Below, piece by piece: positions 1 to 13,858 of a DNA stretch of 64,000 bases (within the stretch, counting starts at the first letter, position 1; each line of letters begins with the position of its first letter). The stretch spans positions 13,950,001-14,014,000 of the forward strand of contig CP075495.1 in NCBI GenBank assembly GCA_021613535.1, given 5' to 3'. Origin of the DNA: Adineta vaga (Eukaryota > Animalia > Rotifera). A model generated the notes under the pieces. That model was not told the DNA's origin and made no database searches. It was given only the letters and a program-made list of their open reading frames with translations. A program made the position numbers and the translations under genes.

Positions 1-205
1 AAAAAAACAAACAATGTATTTGTTGTCAATCAATTGAGTTCTATTTTGCCGAGAAAGAAAAGAAAAAGGACAAGGGAGAAATATATCGAATCTCATTTCT
101 ATCAAAACAATCATCGAACGACTTATTTGATACAATTTCTTTGTTATTTCTTTTCTTTAGTTAATAAAACTATTAATTCAATGTTTGTAATCAAAAAATA
201 TTCAA

Positions 206-2735
206 ATGGATTATGAAAAACTTGGTAACGGTGAACTTTATAAGACAACATTACTATCTGATGCTGTTCCATCTTTATCATCATCAACAGCAATTGGAAA
301 TGTGATTAGTAATCCAATTGATGAATGCCAGATTTCTCCATTCTTCTCCTCAACAACTCGTGATAGTGGTTGTTATTCAAGTACTCCAGCAGAAGAATGG
401 CATTTAATGCAACCACACCTGTCAATGGCAAACCATCATCAAAACAAACAAAAAGAGCAACAACAACAACAACAACAACAGGAAGGGCAATCATTATCAC
501 ATTCGACTTATCCAACGTTAAGTCGTCGTTCATCAGAAAGTGAACCTTTTGATAAAGTGATTATCAATATAAGTGGTTTACGTTTTGAAGCACGTGCATC
601 AACTTTACAACGTTTTCCGTGTACATTATTAGGTGATAAACAACGTCGTGCAGAGTTTTTCGATTATATGAATAATGAATATTTCTTTGAACGACATCGT
701 TCATCCTTTGAAGCTATTCTTTATTTCTATCAAAGTGGTGGACGTTTAACGCGACCTGAAAATATTTCAGCGGAAATCTTCTTAGAAGAAATCAAATTTT
801 TCGATCTTGGTATGTCAATTCATGTTTCGATAGAGTTGTCAAATTTTTCTAATCGAATTTGAGTCTTTCGTTAGATATGATCTTAATCGAATATACATAT
901 TGATTAGAAGGAATTGTTTTCGTTCGTCAATGAAATGTACTTGAAGTTCAAAGAAGTTTTGTATTCAACAGAGAGAAGATCAAATTGAATTATGTTAAAA
1001 TTCGAAGAGAAAAAATTCACTTCTTGAAAATAATGAGTTTTGCTTGACAGATTTTCTCTTGATTATTAAAGAATATAGATTGTAAGGAAGTTTGATTTTA
1101 TTCTCTTGAAAACTAATGATGTTTCCCGTTCTTTCTTTGAAGAATAAATATAATCGGAAATAAAATTATGTAAGATATTTAGTTCTCTCTCTCTCTCTCT
1201 CTTCATCGGATATGAATAAATCTCCATAATTTATTGAAATGAATAATTACAAAATACTTCTTTTCTGTTTCTAGGTGATGAAATTCTTAAACGATATCGC
1301 AAACAAGAAGGTTATGTTGAAGAAATTCCTATTGAAAGACCAGCGAATACTTTTCAACGCAAAGTTTGGGAAGCATTTGAATGTCCGGAATCATCGAATA
1401 TTGCACGAGTAATTGCAATTGTATCAATCGTCATGATTGTTGTATCAATCGCCTCATTTATCATTGAAACACTTCCATCCATACGGAATGAAATGACAGC
1501 ACCAACAATCCTTGTACCTAGTAATACAAGTGAAACTGGACATGAAATTCGACATGGAGGAGAAACGAAATGTTTTTGGCTATTTTTTGCTATTGAAACA
1601 GTTTGTGTTACATGGTTCTGTTTCGAATTAGTCTGTCGATTTCTTGTTGCACCATCGAAATTTGCTTTTATCAAAAATGGACCAAATGTTATCGATGTGG
1701 TTTCAATTATTCCATATTTCTTACAATTAATCGGTCTGATTTATCAAAAGAAAGATAGTGGTGTATCAGGATTTTCATCGACATTAACTGTACTACGAAT
1801 TGTGCGACTTGTTCGTGTCTTTCGAATATTTAAATTATCACGACATTTCAAAGTAAGATACTATAAATAGAATCAATTATACATATATTTTCTAAGCATT
1901 ACTTGACAAATAAATTTGTTTTTTCTTCTAGGGTTTACAAGTCTTAGCATTGACCTTTCTAGCATCATGGAAAGAATTACTTCTTCTAATGTTTTTTCTC
2001 TTTATTATTGTTGTTGTTTTTTCATCATTTATGTATTTTGTTGAAGCTGATTATACGAATGTATCACCAACAAAAATACCGACAACAGCAACAGCAACGT
2101 CATCATATATAACATCATCATCATCTATATCTAGTCTTTCAAATCTTGATACAAATCAACAATCATCCTCACAAAATGCAAATCAATTTTCCTCCATTCC
2201 TCATTCATTTTGGTTTTCTATTATTACAATGACAACAGTTGGCTATGGTGATTATGTTCCTCGAACAAATCTTGGTAAAGTTATCGGTGCCATTTGTGCA
2301 TTAACCGGTGTATTAACAATTGCATTACCTGTACCAATTATTGTTTCAAATTTTACCTATTTCTATCAACGACAAATGGAAGATAATGAACGACAATATC
2401 AAGCAATTCAACGTGCACACGCCAAACAATTCAATCAAGATAAAAATCAATTAGGTATTAATAATGATAAAGATCATGGTCCTGAATATAATGAATGGGA
2501 AACAATTCTCAATGAACCAGATTATTCCGATTATCGAGAAATTACTCATGCTGTTACAAAACGATTGGTACGTAATGCTTATTTTAAAGCATTTCGTGGA
2601 TCCAAAACGATTTCTCCGACCATGAGATATCAAACATTAGCACCTACATCACCAACATATCGAATTTATCAAACAGTTGATGATGATTATCGAACACGAG
2701 AGAGTGATTTAGAGAAAGTCTCTTTGCTACATTAA
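206..2735 (+). CDS. Shaker/Kv1-family voltage-gated K+ channel (exons ~206-809, 1275-1852, 1932-2735)
   Basis: T1 domain ([11 protein letters not shown]...[23 protein letters not shown]), S4 [18 protein letters not shown], filter TTVGYGD, S6 PVP; GT-AG introns join the ORFs in frame. Confidence 0.96.
1184..1201. repeat. (TC)n microsatellite in Kv intron 1
   Basis: Direct dinucleotide run. Confidence 0.9.
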
Positions 2736-3708
2736 AATTTCAATAATTACTTCTATATTTATACATCGAAATCTAAAGACAACAAAAGACTATACTCTTT
2801 GACTCTTATGTGTTTGTTTGTTTGATCGATTTTTCTCTATTCTCGTTGATTAACATGTACATTGCGACGATATATTTTTATGTGTGATGTTTGATTTCAT
2901 TCGTGACTATTTGTTTTCTAGAAATAATTTCCTTGAATGATATCAAATCAGTTGATTCTTATAAAATCTCAATGGAATATTTTGATGAAATAATTCAATG
3001 AAATCAATTTGTGTCGAAATTGTATGATAAGGATTTAGTAAATGTCATTCTGTAGTACAATCTAATTTATATATAAAAGAAAGAATTTTGAAAAAGAACT
3101 CTTTCTCGATCTATTCTCATGTGTATCTTTTTCTCATAGATAAATAAATGAATACTAAATAGAAATATCTTTTTTAGTTCCATTCATATGTCCATGTTTA
3201 TCTTTGTTACTTTGAGTTTTTCAGATGGCAAAAATTCGTTCTATTTCTCATCAATGATCAAATCAAATTAACATGCAAATGTGTACAAAGAAGCTATAGA
3301 AATAATTTGCAATCTATCTATCTTATTTTGGCTTCTTCTTGAAGATTATTTTATTGAATTGTAGATGGCGCTAGTTTCCCAATATATCAATAGATTGATT
3401 TTTTATGTAAATAAAAATTACTTTTTTTTGTTTTAATTATTTGAATACGAATAAAAATTGAAAAATAGAATGAAAATCTTATAAAATAAAATTTTCTTTT
3501 GAAATTATTGTAATATTCCTTAGCTACGATTGTTCAATGAACAATAGTTATGGTAGTTTAGTAAATTAATTATATATTCAAAGAAAATTTCAAACAATCT
3601 ACTACATATAAAAATTGACGTCGTGATTTTATTTTGATTTTTCGTTTCCTTTATTGAATATTAAATCATAATTAATCTGTTATTATTTACATCTATATCT
3701 GTTAAATA

Positions 3709-6700
3709 ATGACTAAATGTCTTCTCAAGGCTCTCAAAGCTGTTGATCTTCAAAATCATGTCGAATTATTTCGTTCACTTGGTTATGATTCAGCAGGTGC
3801 ATTAGCACATTTTCATAAAGAACATTTGAAATATTTACATTTATCTTCACAAGAATTACTTCGTTTTCATGCTCTTCTGGACGTTCTCAAAGAAGCAACA
3901 CGTGAAGGAAAAATTTGTCCACATTATTCCAAATGCAATCGTGATCTCTTACCTAAGAAAAGTACTTCATTATATTCAGGAACTAAAGAATCAATTCAAT
4001 ATCGCAGTTCTCAATTATATACAAAGAAATCTTCCAATGATAATTTAGATTGCAAACGATCTGCTAGTGCATTAGGAATTTCAGGACGTGTCTCAGGAAC
4101 ATCAACAAATCATGTAAATCATGCGAATGGATTTATTGTAGAACGACCAGCATCAGTCATGACTCAACAACAGCGATCAACAAATCAACAATTTTTTGGA
4201 CCCAAATCTATTGCTAATCGACCGACTGTTCAACATGTAAAAGTAAAGAATTAAGCACTTTTTACTGTTCGTCCTTGACATGTCCTTTTAATTGAGGATA
4301 ATCTGAAGAACGAAGATAATTACATAATACTATTATGTAATCAGAAAAAAATGCTATATTTCATAATGAATATTCAACTATAAAGATCTATCTAACATAC
4401 GAATCAACTGTATAATAGATTGAGAATGAAAATGTATTTCTTAAGTGAACTTTTCTGAACAATACATGAAGAGAATCGTTATGTCAGAATACTTATCCGA
4501 TTATTGAAAGAATGTAATGTCTATATTTTTGGTAGGTTAAATCGTATAACTACGGTGTACCAACAAATAAACGTCAACGAAATGCTTCTCAACGTATTCA
4601 TTATCAACATGAATCGACTGGTAATCATTCTTCGATATTTGTTTCATCAAATACAAATGCTACAGAAAGCATTTCCTATGAAAAACCTGCTGAAATTTAT
4701 GTTTATGCTCGTAAACGACCTTTATTATTAAGTGAAATTGATTTCTATGATACAATATCTGTACCTGATAATAAACATATAATTATTGGAGAAAATAAAG
4801 CAAATGTCGATGGTACATCATCATTAAAAAAGGTAATTTATCTATATTCGAGGGAAACAGAAAATATGATTTCGTAATTATTTATTAGACTGAATTTCAA
4901 TTTGATCAAGTATTTGGTTCTGATGCATCGAATAAATATGTATTTGAAAATACAGCATTACCATTTCTATCATCAAATCATCGTCATAATTTGACATATA
5001 TTTGTTTTGGTCAAACAGGATCTGGTTTGTTCGTTGTATAGAATTTCAATTTACATGTTCTTCCTTTTTCTTCTGATCATTAGGTAAAAGCCATACGATT
5101 TTCGGAGGTCGAAGTACTGATGGTTTACTCATTCATTGTACACAATTTTTGTTGAAAGAAACTAATCTACAAAATAAATTAATCTGTTCATTCTATGAAA
5201 TTTATAATAATCAAGTTTATGATCTTAGTAATACAAGCAAAAGGTTTCATTGAAGTTTATTTTTATGGAAAAAATTCGAAATATTTTTATTTTTTAGATT
5301 ATATGTTCGTGAAGATGGTGAACATCATGTGAATATTGTTGGTTTAACTGAAATACAATTACGAAATATAGATACATTACGTTCTATTATAAGTGATGGC
5401 TTATCACGTCGACATCATGGTAAAAGTGCATTTAATTCCAATTCATCGCGATCACATGCAATCTTTCAATTAATATTAAAAAATTCTTATAATCAAGCGG
5501 AAAATTTTCGTTTAATTTTCATTGATCTTGCTGGAAGTGAACGTGCAACGGATGCACAAAATAATCAACGAGAAACACGTCGTGAAGGTGCACAAATTAA
5601 TTCATCATTATTAGCACTGAAAGAATGTATTCGTTCAATGGATATGACACAAACACATGCACCTTTTCGACAAAGTAAATTAACTCATATTCTACGTGAT
5701 TCACTTGTCGGTTCGAAAACTCATACATGTCTAATGGCAAATGTTTCACCACCGGATGATTGTTCTCAATGTTCATTGAATACACTTCAATATGCATCGA
5801 GAATTCGTGATCTCAGTATGCGAAATCGACATCGATCAATGCCAATAACAAAAACACAGAAGAATCAATTCGATGATGAACATCATATTGCTATACCAAC
5901 AGGAAAAGAAAAATCTCAAAGAGCTTTTAAACCAGCAACAGCATCGACACCTGTTCATCCGAGATTGATTTCATCAGTTGAACATCAAACTTATATGTCA
6001 ACCGATCAAATAGGTTCGTATTGAGTAAAAGAAATTTGAATTATTTCAATCTTCTCTCTCTTTTCTTAGGTAATGATACTCGTAAAAGATCAGCAACAAC
6101 AAAACCAATGGATATTAATTGGCAATTAGCAGATAATGATCTTCCTATAACTGGTAATAATGATAATTTACGATCAAAATCACTTCGTTCGTCATCATCA
6201 CGTGAATTTTTATCCAATTTAAATAATAATAATCATCATCAAAATCAAAGTAGTAGTTTCTATTTAACTCGTTATGAACAATCACGAAAAAAACTCGCCG
6301 ATCAAGATGAAGGTTCATCAAGTTATTTTCCATTACCACAATCTGATATTAAAAAATCTTCAACCCATGAAGTTAAACATACAGAACAATGGAAAACAGT
6401 ACCTGCACCACCTGTTCTTTCTACACGACGTGTCTCTGAATCATCCACTGAACCAATCAATTCGACACGTATCATTCCAATTGCTCCTATTCAAATGTCG
6501 GATGATAATCAATATAGTAGTGCAACGAATACAGAGAGTCTTGGAACGAAAATTACAAAATTAGCTACGGGTATGCGTTCTTATCGACGATCACATAAAC
6601 GACGGGATTTTGTCGAAAAATTAAATCTAAATAAACAATCGGATACAGGTGGTACGACAACAACAGTAACAGCCGATACCGAACAAGGTATTTATTCTGA

Positions 6701-8496
6701 TCGTCAAGCAACACATAGAGATCAAACAGGATTCTTTAGTAATCGAGATGATCCATTATATGAAAGTAAAAAAGATGATCTTTTTTCTTTGTTTCAATCA
6801 TTCTAGTTTCTTTCCTAAATAGATCATTATAAATCAAATCATTTAACTCGAATCACACAAGCATCATCACCTATAGCAACAACACCTAAAACGTCTTCTT
6901 ATTATCCAAAATCTGATGTTATTTCTTCTTCATCACGTCGATCATTTTCATCACCAAATAAAAGTCATCATCGCCATCAACCAATACAATCATCATCATC
7001 ATCAAGTAGTTTAACAAGTGCTAATTCCAAAGAGAATCGTTATTCATCACCTAAACGTCGTCATCGAACAGTTCCCTATCCTATTCCAGCAAAGGGTTCC
7101 GATTCCGATGATTATAATCATCAACGTCAAACTTCTTCGAATCGAAACGATTCATCCGATATGAAAATCGAACGAGAACAAACAGATGATCAATTATTGC
7201 TCGAACAATTTTCTGATCGATCATCAAATAATTTCATGCAAGCACCATTAGATCAAATTAAACGTCATTATAATCAAACATTATCAACATCAACACCATT
7301 AAGTAAGTTATTAAGAACAAAAAAGAAACGTTTGGCTTTTTCCATGAATATTTCTTTTTTCAATGATCATTCAGAAGATTTTCGACGTAGACGAACAGAT
7401 TTAATTCCAACAAAAAAGTCATTTCCATCAGCATTTGATGATAATATTTATCGACTTTTTTGATAATTTTAATCTTATGTTTGATTTTGCCTTTGATTTC
7501 TATTGTTTTCTTTCTGCTTATTTCTTTTTTTCAGTTTCACCGATTAAAGATTACGGTATTCATGTCTCCGATCAATTGAATACTCTACGTACATTACTGG
7601 AAACAAGACTTCAAGAAAAAGATGATACATATCATCAAACAAAAGATTCATCCATATTACAATCATCACCTGGAACATTTACCAAAGATTTTCTTCAATC
7701 ATATCAACAATCAAAGTTTAAAAATTATCCCACAGAAATCGTCAGTGATGTTGATGATGATGATGATGATGATAATGATAATAAACAAAAAACGAAAGAA
7801 AATGGAAATTATTATGAAGAATATCAAGATAATAAATATCAAAGTGATGCTTTATCAACATCAACAATATCATCACATCAACCAGAAATTAATCAAAGTA
7901 GACTTCGTTCAAGTGCAAATGTTTCCTCAACGACAACAATTACACCGAATTTTACAGATAAACTTCATCCATGTAAGTACGAAATGATACCAAGATATTC
8001 TTTCCTGACAAATGTTCTGTTTCCTTCTGCGATTCACAACATTTGTATAAGAATAATCGATCATTTTAATCAAAAACTTTTTTCTTTGAAACTTTTAGAT
8101 GAACCACGTGCCTCATCTACTTCCACGACTGGTCTTTATTCTCAACTATTAACAAATAAAACTTATCAATCAACTAGCAATAATCATGATTCAATCAATG
8201 ATAGTGAACATCGATCAGATAAGATTTTACGATCACAAAATCGATATCCTACAACTTTAACTCATAGTTTAAATACACCTTCTTCTCAATCTCGTTCACC
8301 AATGTTAACATCTTCATTGAGTCCATTTGGTCAAACCAATGGTCATCATAAATCGATAGAGAATGGTAAAACAAGTTCACTTCTTTCAGGTACATCATTT
8401 GACGTTTTAATGACTAATCTTCGAAGTATGCGTGAAAAAGATCTTGATCTAATTATTCAAAATAATGATGATAATCTCATTCAATTTGCAGACTAA
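3709..8496 (+). CDS. Kinesin-13 family motor with N-terminal SAM-like domain and long low-complexity tail (KIF24-like), multi-exon
   Basis: YARKRPL, P-loop GQTGSGKS (split by intron ~5025-5083), [21 protein letters not shown], kinesin-13 [27 protein letters not shown]; helical SAM-like N-terminus ([20 protein letters not shown]) as in KIF24. Confidence 0.88.
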
Positions 8497-8783
8497 TATT
8501 TTCGTCTATTTCAATTTTAAACAGTGTTTGTTTTCTTCGCGATTTAGTAGAATTTTGGGCGTGGCTTTTTCTTTTGTTCATTGGTTTTATTGAGCTTATG
8601 AATATGTTTAGTTTTATGGAAGAATTTTTATTTATTCGAAAAACAATTTTTGTATACAGTTGTTTTTTTTTGTCTTGCTGTGCTGTACGTAGTCTAGAAT
8701 AAATAAATATGATCTATAAAAATAAATTTCTATCTCTTCCATTCAAATTATTCATTTCATTCTTTTTAGATTTTGAATTTATT

Positions 8784-9738
8784 ATGTCGGATGATGATGG
8801 TAATAAGGCAAACATTCGTGGTAATACGATTATTTGATCTTTGTTTTTTTCTATTAGATATTCCACCGTTGGAAGATATTCCGGAAACTGTAGTAGTGAA
8901 TAAAGCAACACCAAAACCGGTTGTAAAACATGTCGAAACACCAGTGGTAGTGGATAAAAATTTTGCCGGAATGAAAAAAGGATTCTTAACTAGTAATTCA
9001 AAACCACAAACAAAATCGAGTGAATTAATTGAAATATCACGTAAACCGGCAGATCAAACCAAAGATTTTCGTGTATTTGATGAAGTTCAACAAGCAATTA
9101 AAGATGAACAACAATCAAAAAGTGAGAATCGATATTTTGTTTTCCTAACTAAGAAAAAAGATATAAATATAATTCTAGACAGTTGGTTAACCAATGATCT
9201 TCTAAAACAAATCGAAGACGATGAATCACTAACACGATATTTTTCTAATCCATATTTTATGGAAGCAATTACTCTATTTCAACAAAAACCTCAAGAAGCA
9301 TTAGCAAAATATGGAAATAATGCTGAAGTTATGAAATTTTTTGAACGAATGGCGAAAATACTCGGTAAAAGGATCTCTAAAACAGCCATTCAAAAGTATC
9401 TCTTTTCATTTATTCTAATATAGGAACTCATTTCACATCCATAGCTGATCAAGAAGATAAGAACAAAAAGAAGCCCAATGTTGATCCCGAAGTCAATCAA
9501 CTTTTACAAGATGAACATGTTCGACAACTATTACTTGATCCTGATGTAACGAACTTAATGAAATTGTTACGCGAAGAACCTGCTAAAGCACAATGGTAAT
9601 AAAAAAGACATTTTTTTTTCGAATGAAAACATAGTTTTTCATCATGTTTCTTAATATAGGCTAATGCGTACTGCGGATGCATCAATGCGTGCAAAAATTC
9701 AACGACTTGTTCAATTAGGCTTACTTAGTATTGCCTAG
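8784..9738 (+). CDS. STI1/DP-repeat domain protein (HOP C-terminal-like, no TPRs), ~5 exons
   Basis: Spliced MSDDDDIPPLEDIP...; FSNPYFMEAITLFQQKPQEA and LLLDPDVTNLMKLLREEP...KIQRLVQLGLLSIA resemble STI1 domains. Confidence 0.7.
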
Positions 9739-10754
9739 AAAGAATTCTTAGAAATATTCAATGTTTTCTCTTTTTTTAACTGTTTTCAAATAAATATTTC
9801 ACATTGAAAATGTTTTTCATTAAAATACAAAACGCATATAAGTGAAAAACAAACTATCCTAGATCCATATTTTCATCGCAAACTTCAATGATTCTTCGTC
9901 AAACCGGCATCATTCATCGATGCACTTAGATTTGAAGCCGTTTTTCTATAAAAATACTTTTATGCTCTATGGCGCATATCTTTTTTATTGACACATTGAA
10001 TGTTGCATGTTATCTATAACTGACGCTGTTGATCTTTCACCCTCAAGTATTTTCGAGGTAAACTAGTTGCTCGATGGTATAAACTACTTTTTGGATATTT
10101 TTAAAAGACGATACAGATCATATTATACGATGACGTTGAATTTGAATATGATATTCTTTTGTCAAATATAATCGTGACTATAACGACAGTAGCTTGTGAG
10201 TGATGTAATAAAAGTTTTTCTCCTCACCTATGATTTTATAAATGTTTTATTTGCAACAATAAGAAATATTTACATCAAATAATTATATAGGAAAAAAGAA
10301 AAAGAAAAAGGCTTAAAATTTTTCTGTCAGATGAATATATTTGGATGATTCTTCAATTGACAAATCAGGAATAGTTTAATCAGTTTTAGATAAGAAAAGA
10401 GCACATCAACTTTGAGATTCTTATTGTTGTCTTGAAATACAATCATTATTCAAGGTGTAGGCGAATGTATGAAAGTACACATGGCTTTTTCTTCTCTTTC
10501 TTTCTCATTCTCGGTTTCTATTGAGGTAGATGTGCGTGTTGTTGATCGTTTTTTTTCTCTCTCCCTCTTTTACATTACGTCTATGAAAAATAACTTGTCC
10601 TTTCATCGTTACTGCAGACACTTTCAAGTATTTACAGGTAGTTGTAGTGACGTCAATATATTTCTATCGAAAATAATAAAGTGTAGGAGGAATTGAAATA
10701 TAAAATCTAAAGATTTATGTCACATTTACTTTTAGAAACGAAAACGAAGTAAAA

Positions 10755-11679
10755 ATGGGAAATAAAAATGGTACCTATGATTCATTATTGGATGAAACTA
10801 AAGATTTACTTATGCAAAGAACTGGTAAGTTACATTGTCCTTTTAGATTTGATTTGAATTTTTCGATTATTGAATTTTTTGAAGGTTAAAAAGAGTATTC
10901 AAACTGAAAAGTGTTCTAAAAAGACGTCTATTTTCCTAAAATATCGAATATTTCTAATCTTCTTATCATTCTTTGTTTAGGAATGTCACAATATGATTTA
11001 GAATTATGGTATAAAGCAATCTTAGTAAGATATAAATGTTTATAAGAAAAAAAGGGAAAAAAATATTTTAATTTGTTTGATATATGAATGTTTAGGATCG
11101 ATCAAAAAAAGGCAAATTATCTAAAGAACAAATGATATCAATCTATAAAGATATGAGTGATCTCGATCCGACACGTATTCGAGATGTTGTTGATTCATTA
11201 GCAAATGTTTTTGACGAAGATCGTAGTGGTAATGTTGGTAAGTCGAGAGAAATCTTTTTTTTGAAAAGAAAATCTTCTTATATATTTGCTAGATATAAAT
11301 GAATTCATACGAGGATTTATTTTAACAACAAAAGGTGATTTACAATCTAAAATTGAATATACATTTCGAATTTATGATGAAAATGGTGATAATCAAATAT
11401 CCGGAGAAGAAATTAAGAAGATGGCAAATGTATTTTTTTTTCTAAAAAATGATTCGATTAAATAACAATTTCGTTTCTTTCTAGGCAATTTTACGAATGT
11501 TAGGTGCTGAAGAATCTAAAAATGATCCAGCTTCACAAGCTATTGTTCAACAATTTTTAGGACAATTTACAGGTGGTGAACATGGAGTTATTTATAAACA
11601 TGATTTTATTAAAACTGTCATGCAAAATCGAGAACTTTTGGCCATTCTTTCTCCATTTTATGGTATAGATGAGCAATAA
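10755..11679 (+). CDS. Neuronal calcium sensor/recoverin-family EF-hand protein, 5 exons
   Basis: MGNKNG N-terminus (Gly2), canonical EF loops DEDRSGNVDINE and DENGDNQISGEE, KIEYTFRIYD motif; mostly missed by the ORF track because of introns. Confidence 0.88.
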
Positions 11680-13266
11680 AAAAAAAGATTTTTCATTCTG
11701 TGTTGTTGGGATTTTTTTCCACATTCGCGCTCATATCACTGTAACTAATAAAGTTTATGCACCAATTCGTAATTACATGATTGCTACTTCGTTTGCTCGT
11801 GTTCTGCACCTTGATTTTCTTCAAACAAATTTATTTTTCATTTCTTATTTTAGTTGGTTCATCAGAATATTAGATTCATCCTTGGTAAACAATTCGCTGA
11901 ATTTCAACGAATGAAGTCAGATAATTGAAGAAAGAATGACTTTGAAACGAACTATTCACATTTTCTTTCCATTTCTTGTCTTAACGTTCTTGTGCACCTA
12001 TGATTAAATTATTTACTTTTGTCAATCTCACCTTTTTGTTTTTGTGTATTTTAAGATCAATTAGACGTCAATAATGAGAAGAATATTTCGTACAAAACAA
12101 AGCATTCTGATCAAAAGAAAAGCGCCTACATTCGATGTGCTTTTCTTTCTTTCTCAATTAAACTAAGACGAGGTGTTAACATTATTTGAACGAAATAAAT
12201 GAAGACATCTATAATAACGATGAAGCTCGTGTCAAATCCGTATCCGTTCTAGACAAGAATAAATTCGATGTTCAAACGGAAATCGATTGTATTGGAATTG
12301 AGAGCAAGAACAGCAATACATCTATTAGAGGTTCATTAGTTTATGTAGGTAGGAAAGAAGGAGAAGAAAAAAAACTCTACGACATCAACAAGCGGAAATC
12401 AAAGTGTATCCTGTCGGATATGCCTGATGATTATAAGTGATCAAATAAAATATTTAAAGAAAGAATTTAGTTTTTTTTTCTTTCTATCAAAACGATGTTA
12501 AGTAAATTTTCCAGATGAATTCATATTCATACTGCAATCTTTTTAAGTAATACTGACGACTATCTTTTCTCTTCGAGGTCGACAAAGATTAGAGAAGAAT
12601 CGAAGATTAGTTTTACCAGCAGGAATTTCAAAATGGATCATCTATGAATATGGAAAGGAGGAAAAAAAGATACACCGGAGAAAGAAATCTGTTGGTGGTG
12701 TTCTTCTTCTTCCTTCTTTTTCCCTTGTTACTTCGATTTTAAGAATTAAGACGACAAGTCATTAGAAATAACAGTAGTATTCGTTCGTGTTTCTTCTTAC
12801 ATGTCTTCGATGACCGCTGTGCACATCTTCTGAAGAAATAAAAATAGAAGCTAACAAGATCGGATGCTCAGTGGCATGATTCAATTAAGCGTATGCACAT
12901 TATATTACATCGTAGTGGACACAGTTAGTCAGTCACGGTCTCTAATGGTTGTGTTATGTACGTAATCATTGTTTGATAGAACAAGTGTGCCTTAAGCTAA
13001 TATTAATTTTAAAATCTTTTGGTTTCTCAAAAGAAATCTTTATCTTTTTCGATTTACATAGAAATAGTATTATGTATGTGTAGATATGCTTTCCCGGGCG
13101 AGTATGATCGTTCTTTTAGATTTCCATTACTTTTTTACTCTTTCAAACGAAGGTCGATCAAGAACATTGATGCTTGTCAAAAGAACTTTTAAGTGTCGAC
13201 TTTGCGCGTTCGAGCATGAATTATATGATAGAATCGTTTAGAACATTTTCTTTCGCTTTGCCTGTA

Positions 13267-13858
13267 TCTCTCTCTCTCTCTCTCTCTTTCTCTTTCATAC
13301 ATCGTATATGAAACAATAAACACAACAATGATTATGTTTGGAGCAGCAGCTTTCACCCGCCCGCCGGAACAAGAAGTTGTTCAGGTGCCCGAAGAAAAAG
13401 AAGTTAGTTACAAGAACATGAACAGTAATAATTGTTACGAGACTGCTCCCACCCGTATATAGTTGCGTCATTATTCCGAGAATCGTTCTCAGATGTGTGT
13501 ATATATATATATATATATGATTGTTGTATATTTGTGTATCACATTCTCTTTTCTTCTCTGTGCATGTCAACAAGGCAAGTATCGTGACTAACTATTTCTA
13601 TTCATATCCGTTTATATGAATGTGTATAAGTGTGCAGAGATTCCCTTAGCCTTGGAGAAAGGTGAGACGCGGACAATGATCATCATCATTTTTCATTCTT
13701 TTATGACTTGTGTAATACGATCATTGTAAAGAAAGGCAGAGAAAAGTTAGGAAAGGCTGATGATAATAGTGACTTCCGTCCGTCATTTTCCTATCGAATA
13801 CTCAATCAAATGCAACGTCTGAAGTATGATCGGAAATCGCACACACACACACACACAC
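13267..13858. repeat. Cluster of microsatellites (TC)n, (TA)n, (CA)n in a long non-coding interval
   Basis: Runs at ~13267-13292, ~13499-13518, ~13840-13858. Confidence 0.85.

Noticed and set aside
306-2633. Antisense ORFs over the Kv gene (likewise over kinesin, CDC37 and piggyBac)
   Set aside because: Shadow frames of the sense CDS
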